Shown: positions 12,338-24,802 of the stretch, piece by piece | Numbering within the stretch: the first letter of the stretch is position 1 | Layout of the letters: each line of letters begins with the position of its first letter | NCBI RefSeq assembly: GCF_006345805.1 | Contig: NW_021831752.1 | Location: 124,001-188,000 of the forward strand | Direction of reading: 5' to 3' | Length of the DNA: 64,000 nt | Source: Octopus sinensis | Taxonomy: Eukaryota | Notes under the pieces: model-generated | Told to the model about the DNA's origin: nothing | What the model saw: the letters and a program-made list of their open reading frames with translations, nothing else | The model's database searches: none | Position numbers and translations under genes: made by a program

Positions 12338-15300
12338 TCAGTTGGATGACGGCGGATTTGTTTTAGATAATTTAATCCATTTCTCAATTATCATCGAATC
12401 ATTTATAATGAAAGAACTGACTAATTGGAATCCTTTTGTGGATAAAATATCCGCAATCTGAATATATATATAAGCCAGAGGTTTCCAAATGGGGAGGCGC
12501 GCCTCCCTAGGGAGGCGTTGACTCGTGTCAAGGGAGGCGCGAAAAGTATTTCAGAAACATTTTAGAAAATTATATCTATGTAAAAAACGTGACTATATTC
12601 GATAATAAGAGTTATTAATTTAAAAATTATATTTTTCAAAAATTTATTTAATTTATTAGACAATTAAATAATTTTAACACATGAATAAATTCTTGAGTGG
12701 TTGCAAAGAAAATTCACGAATAATAAAGATTTTGACGATGGTTCAAAAAATCAAAATGATTGGAATATAATCAATACCACTCCAAAGACAAGAAAATACG
12801 GTACTTTTTCGAAGTGGTCGCAGTTTTTTAGAAGATAATAAAATTAATTAATTTTTTAGTGAAAAATAGATTATTTAATTTATAACCCTCTATCAATAAT
12901 TTAAATGGTTATTAAATTATTTAAAAATTTATTTAAACCAATTTAGTCATTTTTAGTACGCGGCATCCAAATTCCAGGACTGTAGAAGGAATTTATGTCT
13001 TTTACAATCTGTGCAAAACATTCTTATAGTTCTGTATTGTTTTCGCCACATAAATTCTGAAAAAATAACTAACTAAAAAAACCTGCGAAATAAGATCCAG
13101 ATGATGTCTACAGCTCCTCTTTGAGCTTTATTCTTGCATTTTGCACTTCCCCACATTCGTTCTACTGTCTGGGTGTGCACTCCCGTCGTTGGATCCACAA
13201 AGAATTCTGAATATATTATATTTCCTTACTTATGGTTAACGGTTCGTTGTGTGTAGCCGTTTCAACCAATTGATCAGTTGAATACCCTAAATGTTAATCA
13301 AATAATGCTAACCTTTCCAGCAGTCACTATAAATAATGCTTCCCACCTCGACATATCGAATTACTAGACTGAGCAGTGTTTCTCTGCTCCTATCTTTTAA
13401 CAAGTGCGTCCACACAGACTTCACGTAAAAACATAGCCCAATCGACATATGTATGTTCACCCCAATTGTATTCGTGATGAAGCATTTGAAGGTATGCCTA
13501 TCGGAACTCCATAAGTATATGTAGGCGATGACATCCTCAAATGGCAATCTACAATTCTCTAACCAGGTATCTAGAATTATTGAGAGAAATTATACCTTTT
13601 TAATAGAACATTGGACTCTACAACCACTCTTGAGCATTTCCAATTGAGCTTCGGTCCCAAGACTAATTCCATCTGATGTCCTTCGGACATATACGTGATT
13701 TTGAAAGGATATCCACATTTTGCAGAAAATGCACTGCATCCTCCTTACTTATTGGGAGCTGTCGGAATTTGATGTTGCATAAGTCCACAAAGAATTTCCA
13801 TGTGACCTATAGTGCCAGTTTATATCAATATTAGGTACATGCTCGCCATAATATTAAAAAAAATTAGAAAATAAATTAGTAAAAAATTTAATAATATTTT
13901 AAATTATTGATAGAGCGACTTAAATAAAATATAATATATTCCACCTCAAAAATTATTAGATTTTTTAAAAGGCCTAAAAAAACTGCGACCACTTCGACAT
14001 AAGTACCGAAAATACTTTCCATCTTACTTATTGTTAGGATTCACACGTATCTTTGTTGATTCTATGGAAAAACCCCTCTGTTTGCTTTGCCTCAAAACAC
14101 TTGCAGCAGATAGTATGAGGCCATGCAAATTAAGAAGACATTTGAAACGATGCATTCTGAACATGTCCATAAGTCTGAAGAATTTTTAAAAGAAAATTAG
14201 AAGAGTTTGATAACCAAACGAAATCGTTAAAAAAACTTGATTAGAGGGTGTTTGAACTCAAAGATCAAGTTGCAGATTTTCTTGATGAAAATGATATTGA
14301 AGATGCAAAGTTGTTCAGGGATGATGACTTTATTGTCAAATTGCCTATTTAGTTGACATTTTTGGAAATTGAGTATATTGAATAAATCAATGCAGGGACC
14401 ACAACTACATTTATTCTCTCAAAAGGACAAAATAAAAGCATTTATGAAAAAATTGGTATTATGGAAATCAAATATACAAAAAAATATTCTATGACATGTT
14501 TCCACTTTTAAACACCTTTTGCGCCATAGTGAACATTGAAGCAAACAAAGACATATTTGCTGAACATTTGGATTGTTTGTTGAAGCATTTTGCTCACTAT
14601 TTTAAAGATCTCGACTGTAAAATGTTCGAATGGATACAGAATCCATTTGATGAAGAAGATAATCAATTTGCATTGACAACTTTTGAAAAAGAAAAATTGA
14701 TAGAATTGTCATGCGATACATTATTGAAACAAAAATTTGAGAGAGAACCGCTAATTCTTTTTGGTTGAATGTAAGAACGGAATATGAAATTTTGTCGAAT
14801 AAAGCAATGAAAGTTTTGTTGCCATTTGCTACTTCATATTTATGCGAAACTGGATGTTCTGCACTAGCTGCAATAAATCTAATATCGAACTCGTTAGTAG
14901 TGGACTAATGAGCTAAGAGTAGCACTCTCTGCGATGACACCAAGATTTGAAAAACTTTGCGCCAAGATGGAAAAAAAATTATCTCATTAACTTTTTGTTT
15001 TAAAAAAATTGTTTTGATAAAATAATAATTGTATTATATTATGGAATATAAAGGGAGGCGCAAGATTGTACTTTTTCTTAAGGGAGGCGCGTAAAAAAAA
15101 AGCTTGGAAACCTCTGATATAAGCTAACCTCAATCCTTGTCAAATCATTGTTTAATTTGAAGGAAATGTAACCATTTCCTCTAAACTCAATTGAAGATTC
15201 CATTTCTCCGTTACTTATTGTGATATTCCCAATTTCTGATGGTTCATTGAGACACTATTGATTTTATTTTGATTTATACTTGAAGTATTAAATCTTCATG

Positions 15301-15730
15301 TTCTTGGTGATAAAATGGAAGACAGAGTCCCGATATCAGACTTATGTGACTTGTCAGCGTAATAAATTTTGCATCGTCATAATTCAAATATGTTGGACCC
15401 ATGATTTCTAAATTAACGGGAATCCTTCTAGCTAAGTGTATTTTCTTCCATTGAAAATTAGTTTTTGACGACATAGATATTGAATTTCATTGTTTAAGAA
15501 ACTATATTTATAATATAGAATAACATATTTTATTGATTTGCTCACAATTAAAAAGAAAATTCTTACTGGTTCTAGATTTGAAAACTCTGTTAAATATTGT
15601 AGAATATGGCTGGCAATAATCAAGAAAAAACAAATTTCATTAAAAATCAGATCAGTAAAACCTCTGTTTACACCATCAAAGAAGTCAAAAATGTCAATTC
15701 AAGTAAAATATTGCAATTTTAATTAATTTT
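12338..15730 (-). CDS. Uncharacterised multi-exon gene whose 22-nt intron is interrupted by the hAT element; may extend further upstream
   Basis: After removing GT..AG introns the frame reads RRIPVNLEIMGP..EDLILQ^CLNEPSEIGNITISNGEMESSIEFRGNGYISFKLNNDLTRIE^IADILSTKGFQLVSSF across the hAT site; weak resemblance to a laminin-G domain start. Confidence 0.6.
12476..15116 (+). mobile_element. hAT (Buster/ZBED5-SCAND3-like) element, deletion derivative 1
   Basis: TIRs CAGAGGTTTCCAA..TTGGAAACCTCTG; 8-bp TSD ATATAAGC (12468-12475 and 15117-15124); gggaggcgc subterminal repeats; N-terminal and C-terminal (hATC-like) transposase remnants. Confidence 0.95.
12800..14007 (-). mobile_element. Merlin (IS1595/ISXO2-like) element family A, nested in the hAT, catalytic core deleted
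   Basis: ~30-bp TIRs GGTAC..TCGAAGTGGTCGCAGTTTTT; 8-bp TSD GAAAATAC (12792-12799 and 14008-14015); remnants LPFEDVIAYIYLWS and IIYSDCWKG. Confidence 0.95.
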
Positions 15731-16225
15731 GTTATTAAAAATAACGTTAAAGTATAAAATTCAGAGTTTTTTAGAAGTTCTATTTTTAAATAGAGTAGTG
15801 AAATCAACAAATCATATATTTTTCTATTAAACTAATTAATTGATTTGTTAAAGTCGACTCTGTGCACAATCTTCTTCTCTAAAAGATATCAGAAAAGACA
15901 TAATGGATATTTTTCTATAGTATCCATCTGGAATCCAGATACGGATTCATGCTGCAAGATGACATCAATGTCAGGCTTCTTTTCATATAAATTTTATAGA
16001 ACATTTTAATTTTACAGAATTCTTAATAAAGTAATATTTATTGGTCTGTTTTCTATACGTTTGAAAACCTTAATATGAACTCTATTTATCTTAAACATAT
16101 CTATTAAATGACTCATTTAAATAATCTGAAAATTTTACTACATCCAGTTTTTAGTAAGGGCTCATTAAAGCGTTGACATCTTGAACATTAAATTTATATT
16201 ATTAACAAAAAACATAATAAAAAAT

Positions 16226-19200
16226 TTATTTAGAATATTGTGTTGAAGACAAAGAATCATTGTTGGTAGATTCAAGAACAGCTGAACTAATGAAATGCAA
16301 TCTCTCCGTATACTTAAAGATATAAAAACTATTTTTATCACCTTATCTCCAAGATATTTGTACAGCATACTCAGAATTTCTCTATATCCTTCGATCATCA
16401 CGTTGCGCAAGATATGATTAGAGGGGACATATTGCGTATGTTTCTGAATTAGTAAAGCGGAATATTCCACGAATTTACTAATAGTAATATATTTCCCATT
16501 TTTCTAACCAATATGTCTCTTTTAGCTCGATCAGGAGATTTTTGTCAAATTTATCAACGTATTCATCTGCTAGAAACTCTTTAGCGTACTGCATTGGTCC
16601 GGCATTTACCAAAAAATAAGAATAATTTTAATCAAACTTTTACGAGGACAGATCCCTGAAGAACATTTTCAAGGAAGATTGGATTTGGGTCTTTTGCATT
16701 TGCCAAATCCTTCATTCGTTCCACTTGAATGTTTAAAGCTTCGTTTGCGCATTCCAGTGACGAATAAAATATATTTTCTGATTTTTTAACCAAAATATGT
16801 TTTTTTAAAAACGGAAACGAATATTCAGCTGAAATTAATATAATTTAAAACTTGTTAGTAAAGTTCGAGTTTTTGTTATGAATTGTACCAATAGTCCAGT
16901 TGATTTATTTTCCGAACTAATCGGATGATAAGAGTCGACAAAAAAGGAATTCAAATTAGCTCTTCTATTTTTCCCAGATTTAAGTTTTATTGTGTTGTCT
17001 GGGGTTACCAGCACAACGTGAATAATTGGTTTATTTTCGTTAATATCCTTAAAATGAAAAAAATAAAATACATATGGCACTGAGTTCGAAATTGACCAAT
17101 CAATCTTTTCTTTTTGGAACTGAGTCAAAATACACTCTTCAAATTCTCGAGAATTCAGAGTGCTTTTGTAAACATAATCTTTTTCTACATTTCCTCTTAT
17201 AGAGACCCAATAGTAAAATAGCTGATCCTCAACATTGCGACTACTTTTGGTCAATATCTGATATGCTCTCAAAAGAAGCTCAGTAGACTTGGATGCACTC
17301 TAAACCAACAAATCATTTGATGGTACTTCATAGTCTTCTATCTTTTCATGGACATAAGTCTTTAATTTGATTAAGTCGATAGAAAATTTTGAAATTGTTA
17401 AATTTGACAAAATCTCCAGTGCAGTGTTCAAATAATTTAAATATTCAGACTAATAAGTAAACTTAAAAAATAGCAAACAATTGTCGAGACGTTTTCAGTA
17501 TTGTCTATTGAAAAGGTATCGGAAAATTCTGACATTAAGTTTGGTGTCAAATTCGTCAACTGAGCCATGTCATATTCCATATCCATGCCTATAACATAGT
17601 ACCAAATAAAACCAACCTTGTTTTGAGAGGGAGTTTACAGTTACTGCAGAAGCATGGATATGACATAAGGCGGCCTAAATGTCAAAACTCAATTACTTCA
17701 ATGAAGGCATTATCTTGTAAATAAAGTCTGCCTATTTCGAGAAGATAGAAAGTTCTAAAGTTAGGAATGTTCCTGCATGACTCCGCAAGATCATAAAACA
17801 TGTCGACTAGTCGGATGGAGGGTACGTTATCATCCATTTTGAGCTCTGTTGTTTTTAGCATCAGCACAGTCAAATTGTAAAGGTCTTTTATTTCCTAACA
17901 TTTAAAGACTGTAAATATATACTTTAAAATACTCAGTTCCTTCGACAACTAGAACCAAAAGTTCCAAGAAATAGTAATATGTGGACTTGTTTAGTTCAAA
18001 TGACATTTCTGAAACTAATCTGGACGTGGCGATAAATGTTTGAATCATTATTTTGGAACAAGAATTGAAATGATCAAACGAGGTTGAACAAAGACTGGTG
18101 ATCAACCAAACTGCGCTAAGACAGACCTCATATGAGCAGTATAAAAAAGATCTTACGACCTAAAAACATAAATAACGTTTTATGGATGCCTGGTTGCAAA
18201 TATTAAAGCACAATTCAGACTCTCCTTCATAAATGAACTTTGGATAGCGTTCTGTGATAAGTCCAAGAGAGATAAAAACGTGTTGGTGTACAGAACAATC
18301 AAATACTGGTTTAAGCATCATAATGTGAATATATATAATTTTTTTCAAGTTTTTTTCTGTCATGTTTTCCTTTTTGTTTAACAATACAAATTACTTTATT
18401 ATTACATGATATACTGAGTAGAACGTCGACTATCGTTATGCAAGTGCCAAGGAATGTGGACTGCAATTTAAACATTTCTTTATTGAATGATTCTATTATT
18501 TAAATGAAACGTTCAAAGATACCTGATTGAAATTCGACCAAATTTGAAAATAATTCAACAGAAAATCTAATGGTGTTTATTATAAAAAATACTCAAAAAA
18601 ATAAAATAGGTTTTTACGCTCTCTAAATGATCGAGTGTCAAAATAATTTGAAAGTTTTTCTTAGAGATATAATTAATAATTCTAACCATCGGAAATGTTT
18701 TTTAGTACAAAAAGGCAACACAATGTAATTCCCTGGGCTTCTTCTTCCGTAAAATTAATTCTATAATTAATTGATGTTCCATCACTAACTGAGAAATAGA
18801 AGTCAAACACGTTTCCGAAATTGTGGCGTCAACATTCGAACAGTTCGAGGAAGGATTGCCTTATAAATTAAAATTAAATTAAACTCACCCGATGATGCTG
18901 GTTTGTGTAGAATTATCGGAGACAAATGCGTGTCCGCTACTCCAATTGTCATGTTCACCAAAGGAATATATAAGTCTGATATTATTAATCTCTAAATAAT
19001 AAAGAAAAATTTGAAATATTCAACTAACATGTGATAAGAAAGAATCGGAATTTTCGAGATTTGATAGATGTTCATACAGCATCTTTATGGCAAGTGACCG
19101 ATTTAAATCGGATTCCATTAATAAAATTTTGACTAATTCCACCATCATTGATGAGGGATTTGATTTTTCAGGTTCGCCATGAATATTAGCATATCCGTTC

Positions 19201-22200
19201 GGAGATTCGTATATTCGTATAAATTTCCCATAAAGTCTTATCAAATTAGTAATATTCTACTCAAATTATATATGAACAGTTACATGACTGTCAAAGCACC
19301 AGGATTCGTAAAATATTTTAACGAGATTTAATATAGCTGACGGCTTAATAATCGAGCTTAGCATCTATATTTTATAATTTATAAAATAAAAAAAACTTCA
19401 AAAAATTCGCCAAATGTTTCCGAAATATCAAGATGATTCTGAACATTCATATCTGACATTATTTTGATAAAATTATAAGCCATTTTCTCCAGGAATATCA
19501 TCATATCGGCTATTGTCTTCTCCAGTAAGCTCTGTAACATGTAGATTTAACATAAAACCTCGGAAATTTTGCTACAATTGACAACATTGTAAAGAAATAA
19601 TAAGTCAACTGCAATCATTTTTGTGATAGCTGGAAATGAATCCAAAATAGCGTAAATAAATTCTTGGCAAGTAATTTTAGTGATATCTGCACAAATTTTT
19701 GTAATTATCAGACAGAATTGATTTGGGAATTTCAATCTTTTTGTGGAATCTTGAATAATATAAAACTGTTTCTAACAATATGACAAAATATTGATAACAT
19801 TTAATAGAGTATCTAATAGTTGGAATTTCTCAGCTTTTATTATGCTGCTAAAGAAATAAACAAGAATTCTAAAGACTATCAACTGAGTCTTGACGTTAGA
19901 AGTTAATATCATTAATGTGCACATTCGGTCAATTAAAATTGGCATAAAATTTATAAAGACTTTCAGCTCTACAAATTGAAGATTCTAAACATTTAATTAT
20001 ACATCCTTACTTCCAAAATTTCCAAAAAATTTGGCTTTGTAGATAAAGATGTAAAATTTTCATAAGTTACCTTCTCGATGACTGAGAAAAATTTGGAAAT
20101 ACGTCGGCACTAAATTGTTATTAATATTTAAATTACATGGGTATTCACGCTGGAAAACAGTTTAAGAGTGAGAGTAAATAGTTCTCGATTGGTTTCTAAC
20201 CTCCAGTCATACGTTTCGAATTCGTATGAAAGGTAGCCTTCGACTAGATCGGTGACCAAAGGAATAGAAAATTTTCCACTTTTGAGAGAAGTGAATCCTT
20301 CTGCTAGTATTCTTATAAATGAGTATCCAATGATATCTCTTTCTATTTTTTTGAAAGATTTTTTATTTTCCCCATTTGTCTTGTTCTTATAGGTAGAAAC
20401 GTTATAAAATGTGAAAAGTAAATGGCATTTTTCGTGAATTCGAAGAGGCAAGCTAAATTTAATCTAAAAAATACATATTATAACATTGATATAATATTGG
20501 ATTAAATAATAGCAAGCAGCAATGACAGCTATTAATTTAGGCCATTTTGCAAAAATTAAATAATTTACTTCGTCGTAGAATTCAACAATTTCACTTGTTC
20601 GATCATTTCTAAGAACTGTCGATTTTTGAACAGAAATAAATGTATCATTCCATGGTTGCCCATAAATTAACTACAAAAACAAATAGACAAATAACTGGAA
20701 TATCAGGAGCATTGGGGCTGTCTAATTCTCTAAAAGATACTGCGCATTGAATATTCTGAAACTATAATTACATTAAGTGTTAACCTACTTACTTTTTTGT
20801 TATCAATTTTTATGCTTTGAGGATAAATATATAAATTATTCACATAATCCGTGAATATTCTCGCATTGCTAAACGCCGCATCATTTTCACTGTATTTGAC
20901 GTCCTCAACTTGTATATATTCATATTGACAGTTTCCATCATTACCATTGACGCTTGTTAAAGAGGAAGATAATACTACATATATTTGATTATTTATATAC
21001 TTGGCGTTTTCTCAAATTGAGCCAGAGAGGAAATCATTATTGAAACGGACAAAAAAGAACTACCCAAACGATGAAGATCAGTTCTAAATAATTTAAAATA
21101 AATATATTACTTTGAATTTGTAGAGATTGCGTTGCTGATCACTTCCAGAGAATATCCGTTTGCTTCTAGTTGAAACAAAGGTACATTCTGGGTATTTCTG
21201 GTTTTAAATAATGATCTATGATTAAGAATAATCAAACATCGACGGAACCTAAATCCAAAGGCAAATGGAGTTCGGAAACTAAAATCAAAATTTGAAGTTA
21301 GAAATTTTTTTTCAAGGTAATTGGGTTTTTGAAGTTTGGATGATTGGATTCCCCACATTCTTTCAACAATAAACACAAAGAATAAATTGGCCGAGACAGA
21401 ATGTAAGCGAAATAATCCGTCAAAATCTTGAGTAAAAATCACAATTATTACTTTTCATCGAATCGTCAGTTCTAGGGAAACTGAATGAAATGCTAGCACT
21501 ATCGCGTTTAAGAGGAGACACAATTTTCTTTATCGGTTCAGGAATCCAACTTTGATAGTGATTTTCTGTGATTTTTTCGGCACAAGAAATATCCAAAATA
21601 AAAGTCGTTATGAAATATGCTTCAAGCTGAATAGGTAAACAATTTAATAATACATTCTGTTGACTAAAACCTTGGTGAACAATTGAGAGGGAATCTATCT
21701 TGAGACTGACAAAAATTTCCGGTTTTTCGACGTTAGGCTAATCCTTAAAAATTAATTTTTATTTACAAATTTATTTTTGATATCCTCTGGGGAAAGAAGA
21801 GTGAAGTGTGACTTCCGTGAACAAATCACGTCTTCGGATACCGTTTTTAAGTACTTAAACTTTAATTCAACTAGTTTTACCTTGATTACATCCATGTTCA
21901 TTTGATCTTTATCAATGTCTTGAAATTTGTCTACAAAAATTTAAAACAGCCTTATAAATACTGTTTAATAGAAAAGTCAATTTTGTTTTATTTTGTTTAT
22001 TGAAGGACAAGACAGAACCCAGTTCTGTGTTTTTTGACTCAATATTCTTCTTTAAATAATTAATTTTAATTACTTTTCTTGAATTGCAGTTGAAAAATTC
22101 AGGATTCGAAATTCTTCCCAATTGACAACGACTAATTTTAACAAGACATTAAAGTACTTGTCAATTTTATCAGCATAATGTGAGGTTTTTAACGTTTTTA

Positions 22201-22360
22201 TATTCGCAGAATAATAATGTAGACATATTTTGAAAAAATTATGTGCTTTTCTGAATTCTGAGTTTATAAAAGGCAGAGACGGTTTTTTAAGGGTTTTATC
22301 CTTTTCAAACTGAAAATATTTAAATTTTAAATGTACCTTGTATTTTCGTAATGTAAGCAT
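16226..22360 (-). CDS. DOCK9: DOCK-D (DOCK9/10/11, zizimin-like) Cdc42-type guanine nucleotide exchange factor with many tiny introns
   Basis: DHR-2 signature SLECANEALNIQVERMKDL..LENVLQGSVLVK^VNAGPMQYAKEFL (compare LQGSVSVQVNAGPLAYARAFL); upstream GLFRLHSVSANLFFVFIVERMWG; continuous minus-strand exons over ~6.1 kb. Confidence 0.85.
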
Positions 22361-22559
22361 TAGTTGATACGTTATGTTATAACTAAATATAACTTTCTTT
22401 CACGTTCAATGTATCCTAATTTAAACATTTAAATTTACAATTATGGACACTTCCGCTTTCAACTGTTTTTCCAGAGGTGAGGGACTATATTGTCTACTAC
22501 AAAATATTAATCTGTTTTTCAATGACGATAGCATTATGTAACCATTTTATGAAAAGAAA

Positions 22560-23200
22560 AAACTCTGGTCACTATTTCTATATACAAGCAGGTGATTGAC
22601 AAAGGTCTTCTGAAGTACTGGTTTCGGTCAAAAGCAAATTCCGCAATTGGATTGGCTCAAGACCATTGATGCTACTGGTCGAAAAAAAGGACCCAAGCAC
22701 AACCAAAACGTTCTGTTACTAAATTCTTCGTCGATGAGCCCGAAAGTATTTTGCAACCAGCCCAATGTCGCCAATTTTGATATAGGCGCTGCCAAACCGT
22801 ATGAATCCCGGAATGAAGAGATTTCAAGCAGAAACTCCCCGGAATATGGTGAATACTTTGTAAAACAACAATCGAATCATAGGCTAAGTTAGGGTAATAT
22901 AGTGAAACAAGGCATTGAGAGCACATTCAATTTGCTATTAAGATTGAATTGTTTTTGAAAGATCTCGAAAAGAAATTATTGCTGTGATCTCAAAACGAGT
23001 TCACTGTCAGGTGCATATGTATTGAATTATTTTTAGTCAAAAAAGTTGATGGCAACTAACCCAACAATTACTCCTATTATTGCAAAAGAGCCTAAATATT
23101 GCTATATTCCAGATTTAGTGAAAATAAGAAGGTGTGCTAATCTTAATTGCGATAATGGATAGGTATTTCTTTCTAATACAGTGTAGTTTGTCAATTCTCT
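22560..23200. other. Coding-like region, strand and structure unresolved
   Basis: Long open stretches on both strands and intron-like GT..AG segments; no stop-free model could be built by eye. Confidence 0.25.
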
Positions 23201-23547
23201 CTGCGGGTAGTCCCTGATTGCCTTTTGTTTCGTTTCTTTATAAAAGTTATTAATTGTATTTGTTTGTGGCTATTAACTCATTTTCCAAATTCTGTAAAAC
23301 TTGCCAAACGGAAATCAGATAATAAAAATTCCTAAATTTGTAAGATTTGTTTTGAATGAAAAACCTAAAAAATGTAGAATGTAATAAAATACGTTATTGA
23401 TTGAAAAAATTGGTGATATCGGTTTTGCCGACTCTTGGTAAAATTAATTCAATCAAAAAATTGATAAAAATAGGATAAATCGAGTTAATTTTATTATCAA
23501 GTTATTTTTAAGTAATTTCAAACAAAAATTATTTTAAATCGCCGGCG

Positions 23548-24106
23548 CATAGGTTGCCCTGGCAGTTCCCTCAGACGATCGCCAACGAGACTCTTTGGAA
23601 AAGATGGCTAGTCTCGTTGGGATCTCTGTTTACCCTTGCAAACTTCGTCCCCAGCCGACGAAGAAAAGAAAATGATTCCGCGCCGATGACCCCGCTATTG
23701 GTGCAAATGTGTGGTTTCTTGCCAGGGACGAGTATTTTTCGCGAGTTCCGCGGATCCTGCCGCCTAATTCAGGCTCAGCAACTGCCGAGATCAGATTATG
23801 TGCCGAGAATGTGTCGGAGCATTTCGCGTCCCAAATGAGGCATTTTCAGGGAAATTTTGTCATGCACTGAAAGCCACTCTGGAGAGCATGTTTTTCGAGT
23901 ACAAACATGGCTTCAGTGAAATTCTGGACTCTGCAAATTCCGTTCTCTATGAAGACTGGCGGAAATATAATTTCTCTATGAAGATCAGCAAGTCCCTTAA
24001 GAGACCCAGAGACTGCACGCCCCAGGAGGAGATTGAGGATCATGGCAGGGAAGATCAAAATGGAGTCATGGGGAACTCGGGAAGCAAAAATTTGAGAGTC
24101 GTCTAA
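23548..24106 (+). other. GC-richer, frameshifted ORF remnant, probably of transposon origin
   Basis: Overlapping open frames with no tiny introns and raised GC, next to a CRE fragment; no diagnostic motif recognised. Confidence 0.3.
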
Positions 24107-24154
24107 TTATTAGTTTAGCTCAATTTTGGTCTTTCAAATGTTAATAGGAATTAG

Positions 24155-24330
24155 GATTCGCCAGTTGCCGCACCGCGAATAGCAAACGAGTTACTTTGCA
24201 AGATTGCTATCGATATCCTCTGGTACAGCCAGCTGGTTTCCCGGTGGTCATTGGTCTTCTTTCCAACGAGTTTCCCAATGACCGAAAGAATCCTCTTCCC
24301 CGCGGGCCCGATCACACCGCTTACTTCAAG
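24155..24330 (-). mobile_element. CRE-clade 3'-terminal fragment, another family
   Basis: EVSGVIGPAGKRILSVIGKLVGKKTNDHRETSWLYQRISIAILQSNSFAI. Confidence 0.75.
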
Positions 24331-24802
24331 TTAATCAATGATTAAAATAGTATGATTTGTTTAAGATTAAATTAAGATTTTTCAGGGTAAAATGTAACGG
24401 GTTACCCATGTGTATCCACTCGCCCATGTCACATATTATCCAACCCGGGATTGGCTTTCTGTTCAAAATTTCTAACAAAATGTAAAAAATTTTTTCGGCT
24501 TGCCATTCTTCAATTTGTTTATTATTAAAGAATTTGGAATTACACAAGCAATAAAATAAATCTCCAATTTAAATTTTATAAAAACATAAAAGGTAAACCT
24601 AGTAATAGCGTGTTGTAATCACCGATATTGATAACGGAAAGTTTTTGAATACGAGAAAATTGAAGATAAAGCAATTCATTTAGTGGAAATCAATTTATTT
24701 GAAGCAGAAATTATCATTAGGTAAATATTGTTAGTTTATGGATTTTATTTAGAACGTTTTCTTTTATAAATAGCAATATTGAGAAATATTTGATGGTATA
24801 AA

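Noticed and set aside
12400-12460. QIADILSTKG resembling the copia RNase H motif QxADIxTK
   Set aside because: Better explained as the exon following the hAT-interrupted 22-nt intron of a host gene
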